From: Candidatus Hydrogenedentota bacterium | Lineage (GTDB): Bacteria; Hydrogenedentota; Hydrogenedentia; Hydrogenedentales; GCA-2746185 | Length of the DNA: 64,000 nucleotides | Assembly (NCBI GenBank): GCA_046583315.1 | Contig: JAYGCN010000288.1 | Coordinates: forward strand, 24,807-88,806 | Direction: 5' to 3' | In this document: one piece after another, positions 9,943 to 20,586 of the stretch | Numbering within the stretch: position 1 is the stretch's first letter | Layout: every line of letters starts with the position of its first letter | Program-made: the position numbers and the translations under genes | The notes under the pieces: model-generated | Told to the model about the DNA's origin: nothing | Database searches by the model: none | The model's input: the letters and a program-made list of their open reading frames with translations, nothing else

Positions 9943-12900
9943 ATGCCGGACAAATCACCCATAGCCATCGTCGGTATCGGCGGCATATTTCCCGGGGCCT
10001 CCGATCTGGATGGCTTTTGGCAAAATGTCGTGCAGGGGAAAGATTCCGCGCGCGAGGTGGACGATGATCGCTGGATTTTGTCCAAGGATGACGCGTTTGC
10101 TGAAGCCAAAGCCACGCCCGACAAGGTGTACTCAACACGCGGCTGTCTGATAGATGCCATTCCGAAATTGCCCGCCCATGGTTTGGAAATATCGCCTGAA
10201 CTGGTGGCTGAATTGGACCCGGCAGTCCAGTTGTTACTCGCCGCAGGGCATCAGGCGTTCTACGACGCGAGAGTGGCCGATGTGGATCGAAGTCGCGTAG
10301 GCGTAATGATTGGTAATCTTGCACTGCCGTCCGAATCTTCCTCTACGATCACACGCGAGTTCTTCGGGCGCATCCTGGAAGAAAAAGTTCTTGGTCAGAG
10401 CACTCTGCACAACCCTTCCAAGACCTCTCCCATGAATCGATACGTGGCGGGTCTGCCTGCTGGCGTGTTGGCCAACGCGCTTGGACTCGGTGGTGGCAGT
10501 TTTACGCTGGATGCCGCGTGCTCATCTTCGTTATATGCGCTAAAACTCGCAATAGATGAGTTGCAATCCGGGCGTGCTGACGCGATGTTGACGGGAGGTC
10601 TTTCGCGACCCGATTGTTTATACACCCAAATGGGATTCTCTCAGTTACACGCGCTTTCGCCGACGGGCACATGCTCTCCCTTCGACCAGAACGGAAACGG
10701 ACTCGTCGTGGGAGAAGGCTGTGGGATCTTGCTGCTCAAACGACTCGACGATGCGCAGCGCGATGGCGACACCATTCATGCGGTGATTCGCGGCATCGGT
10801 TTGTCCAACGATGTCGGTGGAAGCCTGCTTGCGCCGATGACGGATGGACAGCTCAGGGCCATGCACGAAGCCTACGAAAATGCCGGATTGCGCCCGCAAG
10901 ACATGGATCATGTCGAATGCCACGCCACCGGTACGCCACTGGGCGATGCGACCGAAGTCAGAAGTTTGAAAGCCCTCTGGGGCGGCGATCACTGGCAACC
11001 CGAGCAGTGTGTTCTCGGTTCCGTGAAGTCCAACATTGGACATTTACTCACCGCAGCGGGTTCGGCCGCCATTATCAAAACCATTCTGGCGATGAAACAC
11101 CGTACCTTGCCGCCGACGGCCAATTTCAAACAACCCAATCCGGAGATGGAACTCTCCAAGAGTCCCTTCGCCGTGTTGTCCGAGAGTAAAACATGGGAAA
11201 AACGCGATAAACAGACGCCCCGCCGCGCTGCCGTGAGTGCCTTCGGTTTCGGCGGCATCAACGCCCATGTCATCCTCGAAGAATGGGATCCTGAATTCAA
11301 TCTTTCACAGAGTCGTAGCGTCACCCCGATAGAAATCGACTCGGCATCCGAAGAACCCGTCGCCATTGCTGTCGTAGGAATGGACGCCAGCTTCGGACAG
11401 TGGGACACGTTGCGCGCATTCCAGGAGCGTGTGCTCGGTGGTCGTAACGAAGACGAACCCACGACGCCGTCAGGATGGTGGGGCATTGAACAGAGCGCGT
11501 GGTATCGCCTGCAAGGCTTGAATCACACTCCGTTCAAGGGGTTTTATTCCGACACGGTCGAAATACCTCGCGACATGTTTCGTATTCCTCCAAAAGAACT
11601 CGAAGAGATGTTGCCCCAGCAGTTGTTGATGCTCAAAGTCGCCGCGCGTGCACTCATCGATAGCGGACTGAACCCGAAAGAGGCCGCTAGCGGTATTCAC
11701 GACAAAACCAATGAACGCACTGGCGTCTTCATCGGCATCGGTATGGATTTGAACGCGACCAACTTCAGTTTCCGATGGTCTCTGGCCAATAAAGCGAAGG
11801 AATGGGCCAGGCAGCTTGGACTTTCGCTCAGTCCCGACGAGTTGGACGACTGGATAGAGTCTCTGCGCGACGCCTTCATACCGCCACTCTCCGCGAACAG
11901 AACGATGGGCGCGCTCGGTAGCGTCGTGGCGAGTCGCATTGCGCGCGAATTCCGTATCGGCGGACCCAGCTATACGATCTCCAGCGAAGAAAATTCCAGC
12001 GCACGCGCCATCGAGGTCGCTGTGCGTGCATTGCAAAGTGGAAGTCTCGATCAGGCCGTCGCGGGTGGTGTCGACTTGAACGGTGACATGCGATCCGTGT
12101 TGACGAGTCACCAGGAACGCGCGTATTCGCCATCGGGCACGTGTCGACCCTTCGATGCGCAGGCCGACGGAAGTCTGGTCGGTGAAGGAGCCGCTGCCGT
12201 AGTCCTGAAACGTCTCGACGATGCCGTGCGGGACGGAGATCGGGTCTATGCGGTCATCAAGGGAATCGGAACCGCATCGGGCGGCGGCGTTGAATCTTCC
12301 ACGCCCACCGAATCGGCTTATACGGACGCTCTGAAACGTGCGTATGCTGATGCGCAGGTTGAAATCGACAGCGTCGGTCTCATCGAAGCCAGCGGAAGCG
12401 GCAGTCCCGACGAAGATTATATCGAATCCCGCGCGCTCAGTCGTTCGTTCAAAGAAAACGACGATGGACGATGCATGGTGACCAGCGCGAAAGCGGACAT
12501 CGGTCATGCCGGAGCCGCATCGGGAATCGCGAGCCTTGTAAAAACATGCCTGTCGCTCTATCAGGAAATACTGCCGCCTCTGCGCGGTATTGATGATTTG
12601 CGCGAAGAATTTCAACCCTCCGGGCACCGCCTGTTCTGCTCCAAAAAGCCTCAATACTGGTTGCGCAACAGTGACCAAGGCCCACTGCGCGCAGGGGTGA
12701 GTTCGTTTGGTTTCGATGGCAATTGCACGCACATGGTGCTTGAGTCCTTCGAATATAAAAACGAACCGCATATTCAGACCGAACGACTTCAACCCCTGGG
12801 GAGTCGAGCCGAAGGGCTGTTCTTCGTTGAAGCAAACAATGTGCAGGCACTTGAGATCGGACTAGGGCGTTTGCGCGCATTCATAGAACGCGACCCTGAG

Positions 12901-15900
12901 GCACCGGTTGAAATCCTGGCACGTCGCTGGTGGCATGACAATCGCGAGGACAACGGCAAAGCACTCGCCGTGGCCTTCGTCGCACGCAACGGTTCGGAAC
13001 TGGTTACGCAGATTGATTTTGCGAAACCGGGACTGCGCGAATCGGCTGAGAAGGGATATGGTCTATCCTCGCGACAACACGTCCCACCTCATGTGCGCGA
13101 CCGCGTTTTCTTCAACGCTAATCCCTTGGGCGCACAAGGCAAAGTAGCTTTCGTATATCCGGGTTCCGGCAATCAATATTTGCGGATGGGGCAGGATTTA
13201 TCCGTGCAATGGCCCGAAATTTTCCGCGAACAGTCGCAGGACAACGCGACGCTTAAGAGTCAGTTTCAACCCGATGTGTTTTGGAATAGCGAATCGGCCA
13301 CGGCACTCAATGAAAATCACAAGGCTACGCTGTTCGGCCAGGTCGCGCTCGGTACGGCCGTCAGCGATCTCATTTTCAGTTTCGGCGTAAAAGCCGATGC
13401 CGTACTCGGCTACTCACTCGGCGAAATGGCGGGATTTTTCTCGCTGAAGGCCTGGACCCAACGCGACGAGATGCACCGCCGCATCGAAGAGTCCACCTTG
13501 TTTACCGAAGATCTCGCTGGCGAGTACAAGGCCGCCCGCAAGCTCTGGAAAGTTCCCAGCAATACGACGGTAGACTGGGCGCTTGGCGTCATTGACCGAC
13601 CCGCAAAGGTTGTGCGTGCCGCGTTAACCGATCACAAAAAAGTCTACAACCTTATCGTGAATACCTTGCACGAGTGCGTAGTCGGTGGCGATCCCCACGC
13701 AGTTGAAAAGCTCGTGAAGAAACTAGACTGCGAATTCTTTCCCTTGCAGGGCGTGACCACCGTACACTGCGAAGTCGCCGAAGAAGTTCAGGAACCGTAT
13801 CGTGAACTGCACGTGTTGCCGACGACCCAACCGCGCGATGTTCAGTTTTACAGCGGCGCATGGGGAACGGCCTACAACCTGACCTCTGACAGTGCCGCAG
13901 ACTCCGTGCTCGCGCAAGCCCTTTACGGTATCGATTACCCCAAGGTTGTCGAAGCCGCCTACGACGATGGCGCGCGCATTTTTATCGAAATGGGACCGGG
14001 GGGCTCTTGTTCGCGCATGATCGGTGAAATTCTGGGCGACCGACCCTACGTCGCGCGGACGGTATGCAAGCAGGGTCAGGAAATCACGACCACTGTGCTG
14101 CGCACGCTCGGGCAACTCATCGCCGAACGCGTACCGGTTGATCTCAGCGTTTTGTACGGTCAGGAGACGACCATCGCGGATCCCGCACTCGACACGCACG
14201 ATATGCCGATGCTTCGGGTACACACTGGTGGCGATCCGATTCAGGTGGTGATGCCTCATCGCGAAACAACGTCCGAGCCAATCGATGCCACACCAATATA
14301 CGAAGAACCCGAGCCTGCGCCAGCCTCGGCCACTCCCGCGCCTGAATTCGAGGTGCCTGTATTTGCAGCTCCAGCGCCTGTCGCGGTCGGCACGACAGAC
14401 CCCGCTATGCAGCAATGGCTCGACACCGAGGAGGTAAAGGTTCAGGCGCACGAAACCTACTTGCGATTTGCTCAGCAAACGACCAAAGCTCTCGAAGAAA
14501 CGATTGCCTATCAATTATCCCTGACGCAGGCGCTGATGACCGGTGCGGAAATCATAGCCACCGAAGTCGCCACGACCCCGGCGCCTCCAGCTGCGCCTCC
14601 GCCGCCATCACGTTCCGCTTACACTGGGTCGTCCGTCGCCATGACACGCGAGCAATGTATGGAATACGCAATCGGCTCGATTGGCGCATCGATGGGCCAG
14701 GAATGGCGCGAAATCGATTCCCATCCCACGCGCGTGCGACTGCCTGATGAGCCGCTTATGCTTGTAGACCGAATCATTTCCTTCCACGGGGATGCCCGCT
14801 CCATGACGAATGGCCGCGTGGTGACCGAGCACGATATTCTGCCGAACGCGTGGTATCTCGATTGCGGACGCATCCCGACCTGCATCGCGGTCGAAGCCGG
14901 ACAGGCCGACCTTGTTTTGTCTGCCTATCTTGGCATCGATTTCGAGACCAAAGGGTTGGCGATGTATCGTCTCCTGGATGCGGACGTGACCTTTCATCGT
15001 TCCTTGCCCGGTCCCGGTGAGACCATTCACTTCGACATCCGTATTGAACGATTTTTTCAGCAGGGTGATACCTACTTATTCAAATTTAATTACGACGCGA
15101 CCGTAAATGGTGAATCCTTTTTGACCATGCGCAACGGATGTGCGGGATTTTTCACGCGCGAAGAACTTGATGCCGGGCAAGGCGTTGTGAAAACCGAGTT
15201 GGATTTGCGTCCGATGCCGGGTGTGCGACCCGATGACTGGCGTGATCTCGTGCCCATGCGACAAGAATCCTATTCTGACGCGCAAGTCACCGCGCTACGA
15301 GGCGGAGACTACGTCGCGTGTTTTGGTGATGCCTTTTCAGGTATCGGATTAAACAATCCCGCTGGTCTGCCCGATGGCAAGATGTGCCTCGTTGAGCGAA
15401 TTACGGATGTCGAACCCGGTGGCGGACGTTTTGGGCTTGGACTCATTCGCGGCGAGATGGACATTCATCCCGATGACTGGTTCCTGACCTGTCACTTTGT
15501 CGATGACCGCGTGATGCCGGGCACACTCATGTACGAATGCAGCCTGCACACGATGCGGATTTATTTGATGCGCATGGGCTGGGTGGGTGAAGCCGATTCG
15601 GTTGTGTATGAACCGGTTCCAGGCGTGACGGGTAAGCTCAAATGCCGCGGTGAGGTGAATGAATCGTCCGACAGGGTCATCTACGAGATCACCATCAAGG
15701 AACTCGGCTACAATCCGTCGCCCTACGCCATCGCGGACACCATGATGTATGTCGATGGTAAACCCGCCGTCGAAATGAACGACCTCTCCATTCAGATGAC
15801 CGGGTGGACGCGTGAATCGCTGGAGACGATGTGGGAGCGGGGCATACAAGGAATCATGCAGCCTCGGCAATCTCTTTTTGATTACGAATCGATTCTCGCA

Positions 15901-16953
15901 TTTTCTTCCGGTAAACCTTCCGAAGCATTCGGGGATCGCTACAAGATTTTTGACGAAGGACGCATCATTGCGCGCCTTCCACGCCCACCGTTCCAATTTC
16001 TCGATCGCATTATGGAAGTCAACGCGGAGCAGTGGGTGATGAAAGCAGGCGGTACCATCGTTTCCGAATACGACGTGCCGTCGGACGAATGGTATTTCGA
16101 CGCGAACCGTCAAGAACTCATGCCTTTCAGTGTTCTGCTCGAAATCGCGCTGCAACCCTGTGGATGGCTCGCGGCGTATATCGGCTCGGCACTCACCAGC
16201 GATGTCGATCTGCATTTCCGAAATCTGGGCGGGAAAGCTACCCATGTGATGCCCGTAGGCCGCGATGTCGGGACGCTTGGCGTACATGTGAAGTGTACCG
16301 GCGTATCCAGTTCAGGCGGTATGATCATCCAGCACTACGACTATGAAGTGAAAGCGGGCGCACAGACTGTTTATATCGGCAACACCTATTTCGGTTACTT
16401 CTCCGACGAAGCCCTTGCCAATCAGGTCGGTTTCACCAACGTGCAGCTTCACGAACCCACCGAAGCCGAGCGCACCGTAACAAAACCTTTCGACTATCCG
16501 AAAACCGGCTCCTATCCCGACGAGCAGATGCGCATGATCGACACGATTGAAATTTTTGATCCACTGGGCGGCGACAATGGACTCGGATTTATTCGCGGAA
16601 CGCTCGACGTGAATCCGGATGCGTGGTTCTTTAAGGCCCACTTCTATCAGGATCCCGTATGCCCCGGCTCACTTGGACTCGAATCCTTCTTGCAACTGGT
16701 CAACCATGTCGCCATCGAACGTTGGGCGGTCACAGAAACGCCGCGCATCGAAGCCTTACTTTCAGGATGCGAACACGAATGGGGCTACCGCGGCCAGGTC
16801 ATCCCAAAAGACAAACGTGTCACCGTCGAAGCCACCATCACCGGCTCCGACGACGCTACCCAAACGCTTACCGCCGAAGGTTTCTTGTGTGTCGATGGGC
16901 GCATCATCTATCAAATGAAACGATTCTCCGTGCAATTGAAACCGGGTACCTGA
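9943..16953 (+). CDS. Fused PfaB/PfaC-type subunit: KS-CLF-AT-FabA-like DH domains
   Basis: Active KS (DAACSSS, ECHATGT, IGHLL); second KS lacking the catalytic Cys (SSEENSS, chain-length factor); PfaB-like AT (GYSLGE); FabA-like DH motifs HFVDDRVMPG and HFYQDPVCPG. Confidence 0.92.
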   Translation: MPDKSPIAIVGIGGIFPGASDLDGFWQNVVQGKDSAREVDDDRWILSKDDAFAEAKATPDKVYSTRGCLIDAIPKLPAHGLEISPELVAELDPAVQLLLAAGHQAFYDARVADVDRSRVGVMIGNLALPSESSSTITREFFGRILEEKVLGQSTLHNPSKTSPMNRYVAGLPAGVLANALGLGGGSFTLDAACSSSLYALKLAIDELQSGRADAMLTGGLSRPDCLYTQMGFSQLHALSPTGTCSPFDQNGNGLVVGEGCGILLLKRLDDAQRDGDTIHAVIRGIGLSNDVGGSLLAPMTDGQLRAMHEAYENAGLRPQDMDHVECHATGTPLGDATEVRSLKALWGGDHWQPEQCVLGSVKSNIGHLLTAAGSAAIIKTILAMKHRTLPPTANFKQPNPEMELSKSPFAVLSESKTWEKRDKQTPRRAAVSAFGFGGINAHVILEEWDPEFNLSQSRSVTPIEIDSASEEPVAIAVVGMDASFGQWDTLRAFQERVLGGRNEDEPTTPSGWWGIEQSAWYRLQGLNHTPFKGFYSDTVEIPRDMFRIPPKELEEMLPQQLLMLKVAARALIDSGLNPKEAASGIHDKTNERTGVFIGIGMDLNATNFSFRWSLANKAKEWARQLGLSLSPDELDDWIESLRDAFIPPLSANRTMGALGSVVASRIAREFRIGGPSYTISSEENSSARAIEVAVRALQSGSLDQAVAGGVDLNGDMRSVLTSHQERAYSPSGTCRPFDAQADGSLVGEGAAAVVLKRLDDAVRDGDRVYAVIKGIGTASGGGVESSTPTESAYTDALKRAYADAQVEIDSVGLIEASGSGSPDEDYIESRALSRSFKENDDGRCMVTSAKADIGHAGAASGIASLVKTCLSLYQEILPPLRGIDDLREEFQPSGHRLFCSKKPQYWLRNSDQGPLRAGVSSFGFDGNCTHMVLESFEYKNEPHIQTERLQPLGSRAEGLFFVEANNVQALEIGLGRLRAFIERDPEAPVEILARRWWHDNREDNGKALAVAFVARNGSELVTQIDFAKPGLRESAEKGYGLSSRQHVPPHVRDRVFFNANPLGAQGKVAFVYPGSGNQYLRMGQDLSVQWPEIFREQSQDNATLKSQFQPDVFWNSESATALNENHKATLFGQVALGTAVSDLIFSFGVKADAVLGYSLGEMAGFFSLKAWTQRDEMHRRIEESTLFTEDLAGEYKAARKLWKVPSNTTVDWALGVIDRPAKVVRAALTDHKKVYNLIVNTLHECVVGGDPHAVEKLVKKLDCEFFPLQGVTTVHCEVAEEVQEPYRELHVLPTTQPRDVQFYSGAWGTAYNLTSDSAADSVLAQALYGIDYPKVVEAAYDDGARIFIEMGPGGSCSRMIGEILGDRPYVARTVCKQGQEITTTVLRTLGQLIAERVPVDLSVLYGQETTIADPALDTHDMPMLRVHTGGDPIQVVMPHRETTSEPIDATPIYEEPEPAPASATPAPEFEVPVFAAPAPVAVGTTDPAMQQWLDTEEVKVQAHETYLRFAQQTTKALEETIAYQLSLTQALMTGAEIIATEVATTPAPPAAPPPPSRSAYTGSSVAMTREQCMEYAIGSIGASMGQEWREIDSHPTRVRLPDEPLMLVDRIISFHGDARSMTNGRVVTEHDILPNAWYLDCGRIPTCIAVEAGQADLVLSAYLGIDFETKGLAMYRLLDADVTFHRSLPGPGETIHFDIRIERFFQQGDTYLFKFNYDATVNGESFLTMRNGCAGFFTREELDAGQGVVKTELDLRPMPGVRPDDWRDLVPMRQESYSDAQVTALRGGDYVACFGDAFSGIGLNNPAGLPDGKMCLVERITDVEPGGGRFGLGLIRGEMDIHPDDWFLTCHFVDDRVMPGTLMYECSLHTMRIYLMRMGWVGEADSVVYEPVPGVTGKLKCRGEVNESSDRVIYEITIKELGYNPSPYAIADTMMYVDGKPAVEMNDLSIQMTGWTRESLETMWERGIQGIMQPRQSLFDYESILAFSSGKPSEAFGDRYKIFDEGRIIARLPRPPFQFLDRIMEVNAEQWVMKAGGTIVSEYDVPSDEWYFDANRQELMPFSVLLEIALQPCGWLAAYIGSALTSDVDLHFRNLGGKATHVMPVGRDVGTLGVHVKCTGVSSSGGMIIQHYDYEVKAGAQTVYIGNTYFGYFSDEALANQVGFTNVQLHEPTEAERTVTKPFDYPKTGSYPDEQMRMIDTIEIFDPLGGDNGLGFIRGTLDVNPDAWFFKAHFYQDPVCPGSLGLESFLQLVNHVAIERWAVTETPRIEALLSGCEHEWGYRGQVIPKDKRVTVEATITGSDDATQTLTAEGFLCVDGRIIYQMKRFSVQLKPGT

Positions 16954-16969
16954 GGATGCATGGGGGAAT

Positions 16970-18013
16970 ATGAAGTATTCACGCGTATATATTGAAGCAT
17001 TGGGTTATGAACTCGCCCCGGATGTGGTTACTTCTGACGAGCTCGAAGAACGTCTTGCGCCGTTGTATACCTCTAAGCGTATGTCGGTCGGACAGTTACA
17101 AGCACTCACCGGTATTCGCGAGCGTCGCTGGTGGGATGAAGGCTATACCCTGACCGAGGGCGCGACCGCTGCGGCCCAGTATGCGTTGAATCAATCGAAG
17201 GTGGAGCCTGAAGACATTGGCACCTTCATCTACGCAGGCGTGAACCGTGAGAATTTTGAACCCGCGACCGCGTGCCACGTGGCTTCGGCACTCGGAATCA
17301 AAGGCAACACTCACATTTACGACATCAGCAATGCGTGCCTCGGCGTGTTGAACGGCATCTTCGACATCGCCAACCAGATCGAGCTCGGGCAAATTCGCGC
17401 GGGCATGGTCGTATCCTGCGAAACGGCCCGCGAAATCAACGACATCATGATTCAACGTATGCTTGAAGATACCAGCATCGAATTTTTCTCTACGGCCATG
17501 GCCACATTGACCGGAGGATCGGGTGCGGCGGCCGTTTTACTCACGGACGGTTCTTTCGACGCCAAAGACGCGCACAGACTGTTGGGCGGTGTATCGCTGT
17601 CCGCGCCGGAGCATCATGGCCTGTGTTTCTGGGGACTTGCTCCGGAATCGGGACAGGACGTTCGGCAGTTGATGTACACCGATGCGGTCAACGTACTGAA
17701 ATACGGCGTCCATCTTGGCGCGGACACGTGGAATGCACTGTGCGCAGAACTGGATTGGACCAGCGCCTCGGTCGACAAAGTCATCTGCCATCAAGTGGGT
17801 AAGGCCAATCGCGAAATCATCTTGAATACCATCGGCGTACCTGAAGAAAAGGATTTTTCTACCTTTGAATACCTCGGTAACATTGGTACGGTATCCGTTC
17901 CGCTCACTGCCGCGCTCGCCGATGAACGGGGATTCCTTGAACCAGGTGATACGGTCGCGTTCCTGGGCATCGGTAGCGGACTGAATTGCATGATGCTCGG
18001 TCTCGAATGGTAA
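16970..18013 (+). CDS. oleA: OleA, thiolase-fold head-to-head acyl condensing enzyme
   Basis: LTGIRERRWW, EPATA, SNACLG, TLTGGSGA, CHQVG, GNIG and LGIGSGLNC motifs; first gene of an oleABCD-ordered run. Confidence 0.92.
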   Translation: MKYSRVYIEALGYELAPDVVTSDELEERLAPLYTSKRMSVGQLQALTGIRERRWWDEGYTLTEGATAAAQYALNQSKVEPEDIGTFIYAGVNRENFEPATACHVASALGIKGNTHIYDISNACLGVLNGIFDIANQIELGQIRAGMVVSCETAREINDIMIQRMLEDTSIEFFSTAMATLTGGSGAAAVLLTDGSFDAKDAHRLLGGVSLSAPEHHGLCFWGLAPESGQDVRQLMYTDAVNVLKYGVHLGADTWNALCAELDWTSASVDKVICHQVGKANREIILNTIGVPEEKDFSTFEYLGNIGTVSVPLTAALADERGFLEPGDTVAFLGIGSGLNCMMLGLEW

Positions 18014-18040
18014 TTCGGACAACTCCAGACGGAAAACTAC

Positions 18041-18928
18041 ATGGCCTTTGACATATCCAACGAAATATATCCCTATACCGGGAAATTCCTCGACCGTGAC
18101 GGACTGAAATACCATTACCTCGACGAGGGTGATGGCGATCCGGTCGTCATGGTACATGGCAATCCGAGCTGGTCCATTTACTATCGTAATCTCGTGAACG
18201 CGTTAAAGGATGACTATCGTTGCATCGTACCCGACCACATCGGTTGCGGCCTCTCGGACAAACCCGGCGATGATAAGTATGACTACACTCTTGAGTCTCG
18301 CGTTGCAGACCTCGAAGCATTGCTCAACTCGCTCGGTATTGTCGACAATATCACACTCGTCGTGCATGATTGGGGCGGCATGATCGGCATGGTCTATGCC
18401 ACGCGCCACCCCGAATGCATCAAACGTCTCGTGGTGCTCAATACATCGGCCTTTCATCTGCCGAAATCGAAACCACTCCCGCTCGGACTCTGGATATGCC
18501 GCAACACCCTGCTCGGCACCTTCCTCGTTCGCGGTTTCAACGCGTTTAGTGCCGGAGCGGCGTACGTGGGATGCAAACGCAACCCCATGTCAGGCGACCT
18601 CAAGCGGGCCTACTGCGCACCCTACAATTCCTGGGCCAACCGCATTGCAACCCTCCGCTTTGTACAGGACATCCCGTTGCATCCCGGCGACAAGGCATAC
18701 AAACTGGTGACCTCCGTTGAGAGTAATATAGATAAACTCGCCAAGGTGCCGCTACTCATCTGCTGGGGCCTCAAAGACTTCGTGTTCGACAAACACTTCC
18801 TCGCCGAGTGGGAGAAACATTGTCCGCAGGCAGAAATATATCGCTTCGAAGACTGTGGCCACTACATTCTCGAAGACGCGCAGGATGAAGTGATTCCGCT
18901 GATCGAAACATTCATGGGCAAGACCTGA
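18041..18928 (+). CDS. oleB: OleB, beta-lactone decarboxylase (haloalkane dehalogenase-like alpha/beta hydrolase)
   Basis: HGNPSW, PDHIGCGLSDKP, HDWGG, RFVQDIP and GHYILED motifs; position between oleA and oleC. Confidence 0.9.
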   Translation: MAFDISNEIYPYTGKFLDRDGLKYHYLDEGDGDPVVMVHGNPSWSIYYRNLVNALKDDYRCIVPDHIGCGLSDKPGDDKYDYTLESRVADLEALLNSLGIVDNITLVVHDWGGMIGMVYATRHPECIKRLVVLNTSAFHLPKSKPLPLGLWICRNTLLGTFLVRGFNAFSAGAAYVGCKRNPMSGDLKRAYCAPYNSWANRIATLRFVQDIPLHPGDKAYKLVTSVESNIDKLAKVPLLICWGLKDFVFDKHFLAEWEKHCPQAEIYRFEDCGHYILEDAQDEVIPLIETFMGKT

Positions 18929-18935
18929 CGCGGTC

Positions 18936-20585
18936 ATGGCAGATTCCTCCGCAAATATCGCCGCGCATCTCCCTATCATGGCTGCCGCACAGCCGGACGC
19001 GCTTGCCGTTGTGGTGCAGAAGTATGCCTCGAAACATCCGACGTATCTTTATGATGAGATGACTGCAGCGCGTCTTGAAGAAGAGAGCAATCGCGTTGCG
19101 CATGGGCTTCGGCGACTTGGAATCTCCGAGGGCACGCGCACGGTGCTGATGGTCAAGCCGAGTATCGAATTTTTTGTGCTGACCTTTGCGTTGTTCAAGG
19201 TTGGAGCAATTCCTGTCATGGTTGATCCGGGCATGGGCATCAAGAATCTCAAGACTTGCCTCGCCGAAGCAGAACCCGAAGCGTTTATTGGCATTCCCAA
19301 GGCGCATGTCGCTCGTCTTTTGTTCGGATGGGGCCGTGAGTCGATTCGCATCAACGTGACCGTCGGTCATCGACTCTTCTGGGGCGGCGAAACCTATACG
19401 GGCATTCGTTCGGAGTCATCTGAACCCGTCATGGCATCCGTCGATGCTGACGCGATGGCGGCCGTCCTCTTCACCAGCGGCAGCACGGGGATTCCCAAGG
19501 GGGTGGTCTATACGCACGCTCTTTTCAACGCTCAGGTCGACTCGTTACGCGACAATTACGGTATCGAGCCCGGTGAGCGCGATCTGGCGACCTTCCCGTT
19601 GTTTGCACTGTTCGGTCCTGCGCTCGGCATGGCGTCGATCGTGCCGGATATGGACGCGAGCAAACCGATCACAGCCGATCCTGCGAATCTTTTCGCCGCG
19701 ATGCACGACTACGACACGACCAACCTCTTCGCGTCGCCTGCATTGATCGAAAAAATTGGACGATATGGCGAATCCTGCAACATGCCGATACCCTCATTGC
19801 GACGCGTCATCTCAGCCGGAGCTCCAGCGGATCCGGATTCCCTTGCCAGATGTGCGACGTTGTTGCGTGACGGTGTGTCAATCATTCCATCGTATGGCGC
19901 CACCGAGGCATTACCCGTCGCGTCGATCGCCCATCAGGAACTTATCGCGGAAACGAAAATCAGAACCGAAGAAGGAAACGGCCTCTGCATCGGTCGCGCG
20001 AACGGCGGACTTGACGTGCGCATCATCCGAATCGATGATGAAGCGATCGAAACATGGAACGATTCTCTCGAAGTTGAACCCGGCGTCATCGGAGAAATTT
20101 GCGTTTCCGGACCCATCGTCACAGGCGAGTATTTCGAACGGCCTGAATCGACCAAACTCGCCAAGATAGTTGTCCTCGATTCCGATACATTCTATCACCG
20201 CATGGGCGACCTTGGACATCTCGACGATCAGGGCCGTATCTGGTTCTGTGGACGCAAGGCGCATCGGGTTGTTTGCGGCGGCACGACCTATTTCACCATC
20301 CCCGTCGAACGCGTCTATAACGTGCATCCCGATGTTCGCCGTACGGCGCTGGTCGGCATCGACAGTGGGGGAGAGACGATTCCGGTGTTGTGTGTGGAGC
20401 TAAAAGAGAATGTAGACTCCCAATGCTTTGACGAGATTGTTGCAGACTTGAATCGGATCACGGAGAAATACGATCATACGCGCGGAATCACGACTTTTTT
20501 GCGGCATGACGGCTTCCCGATGGATGTGCGGCATAACGCGAAGATATTCCGCGAAAAACTGGCTATATGGGCGGGGAAAAACTGA
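18936..20585 (+). CDS. oleC: OleC, beta-lactone synthetase (AMP-dependent ligase)
   Basis: FTSGSTGIPKG, DLATFPLFALF, YGATEALPV, HRMGDLG, WFCGRK and DVRHNAKIFRE motifs. Confidence 0.92.
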   Translation: MADSSANIAAHLPIMAAAQPDALAVVVQKYASKHPTYLYDEMTAARLEEESNRVAHGLRRLGISEGTRTVLMVKPSIEFFVLTFALFKVGAIPVMVDPGMGIKNLKTCLAEAEPEAFIGIPKAHVARLLFGWGRESIRINVTVGHRLFWGGETYTGIRSESSEPVMASVDADAMAAVLFTSGSTGIPKGVVYTHALFNAQVDSLRDNYGIEPGERDLATFPLFALFGPALGMASIVPDMDASKPITADPANLFAAMHDYDTTNLFASPALIEKIGRYGESCNMPIPSLRRVISAGAPADPDSLARCATLLRDGVSIIPSYGATEALPVASIAHQELIAETKIRTEEGNGLCIGRANGGLDVRIIRIDDEAIETWNDSLEVEPGVIGEICVSGPIVTGEYFERPESTKLAKIVVLDSDTFYHRMGDLGHLDDQGRIWFCGRKAHRVVCGGTTYFTIPVERVYNVHPDVRRTALVGIDSGGETIPVLCVELKENVDSQCFDEIVADLNRITEKYDHTRGITTFLRHDGFPMDVRHNAKIFREKLAIWAGKN

Positions 20586-20586
20586 A

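Noticed and set aside
11470..12792. 440-aa antisense ORF, and similar shadow ORFs (e.g. 15349..16287, 20563..21570, 29459..30334)
   Set aside because: They lie opposite well-supported genes and have no recognisable motifs; expected from codon bias.
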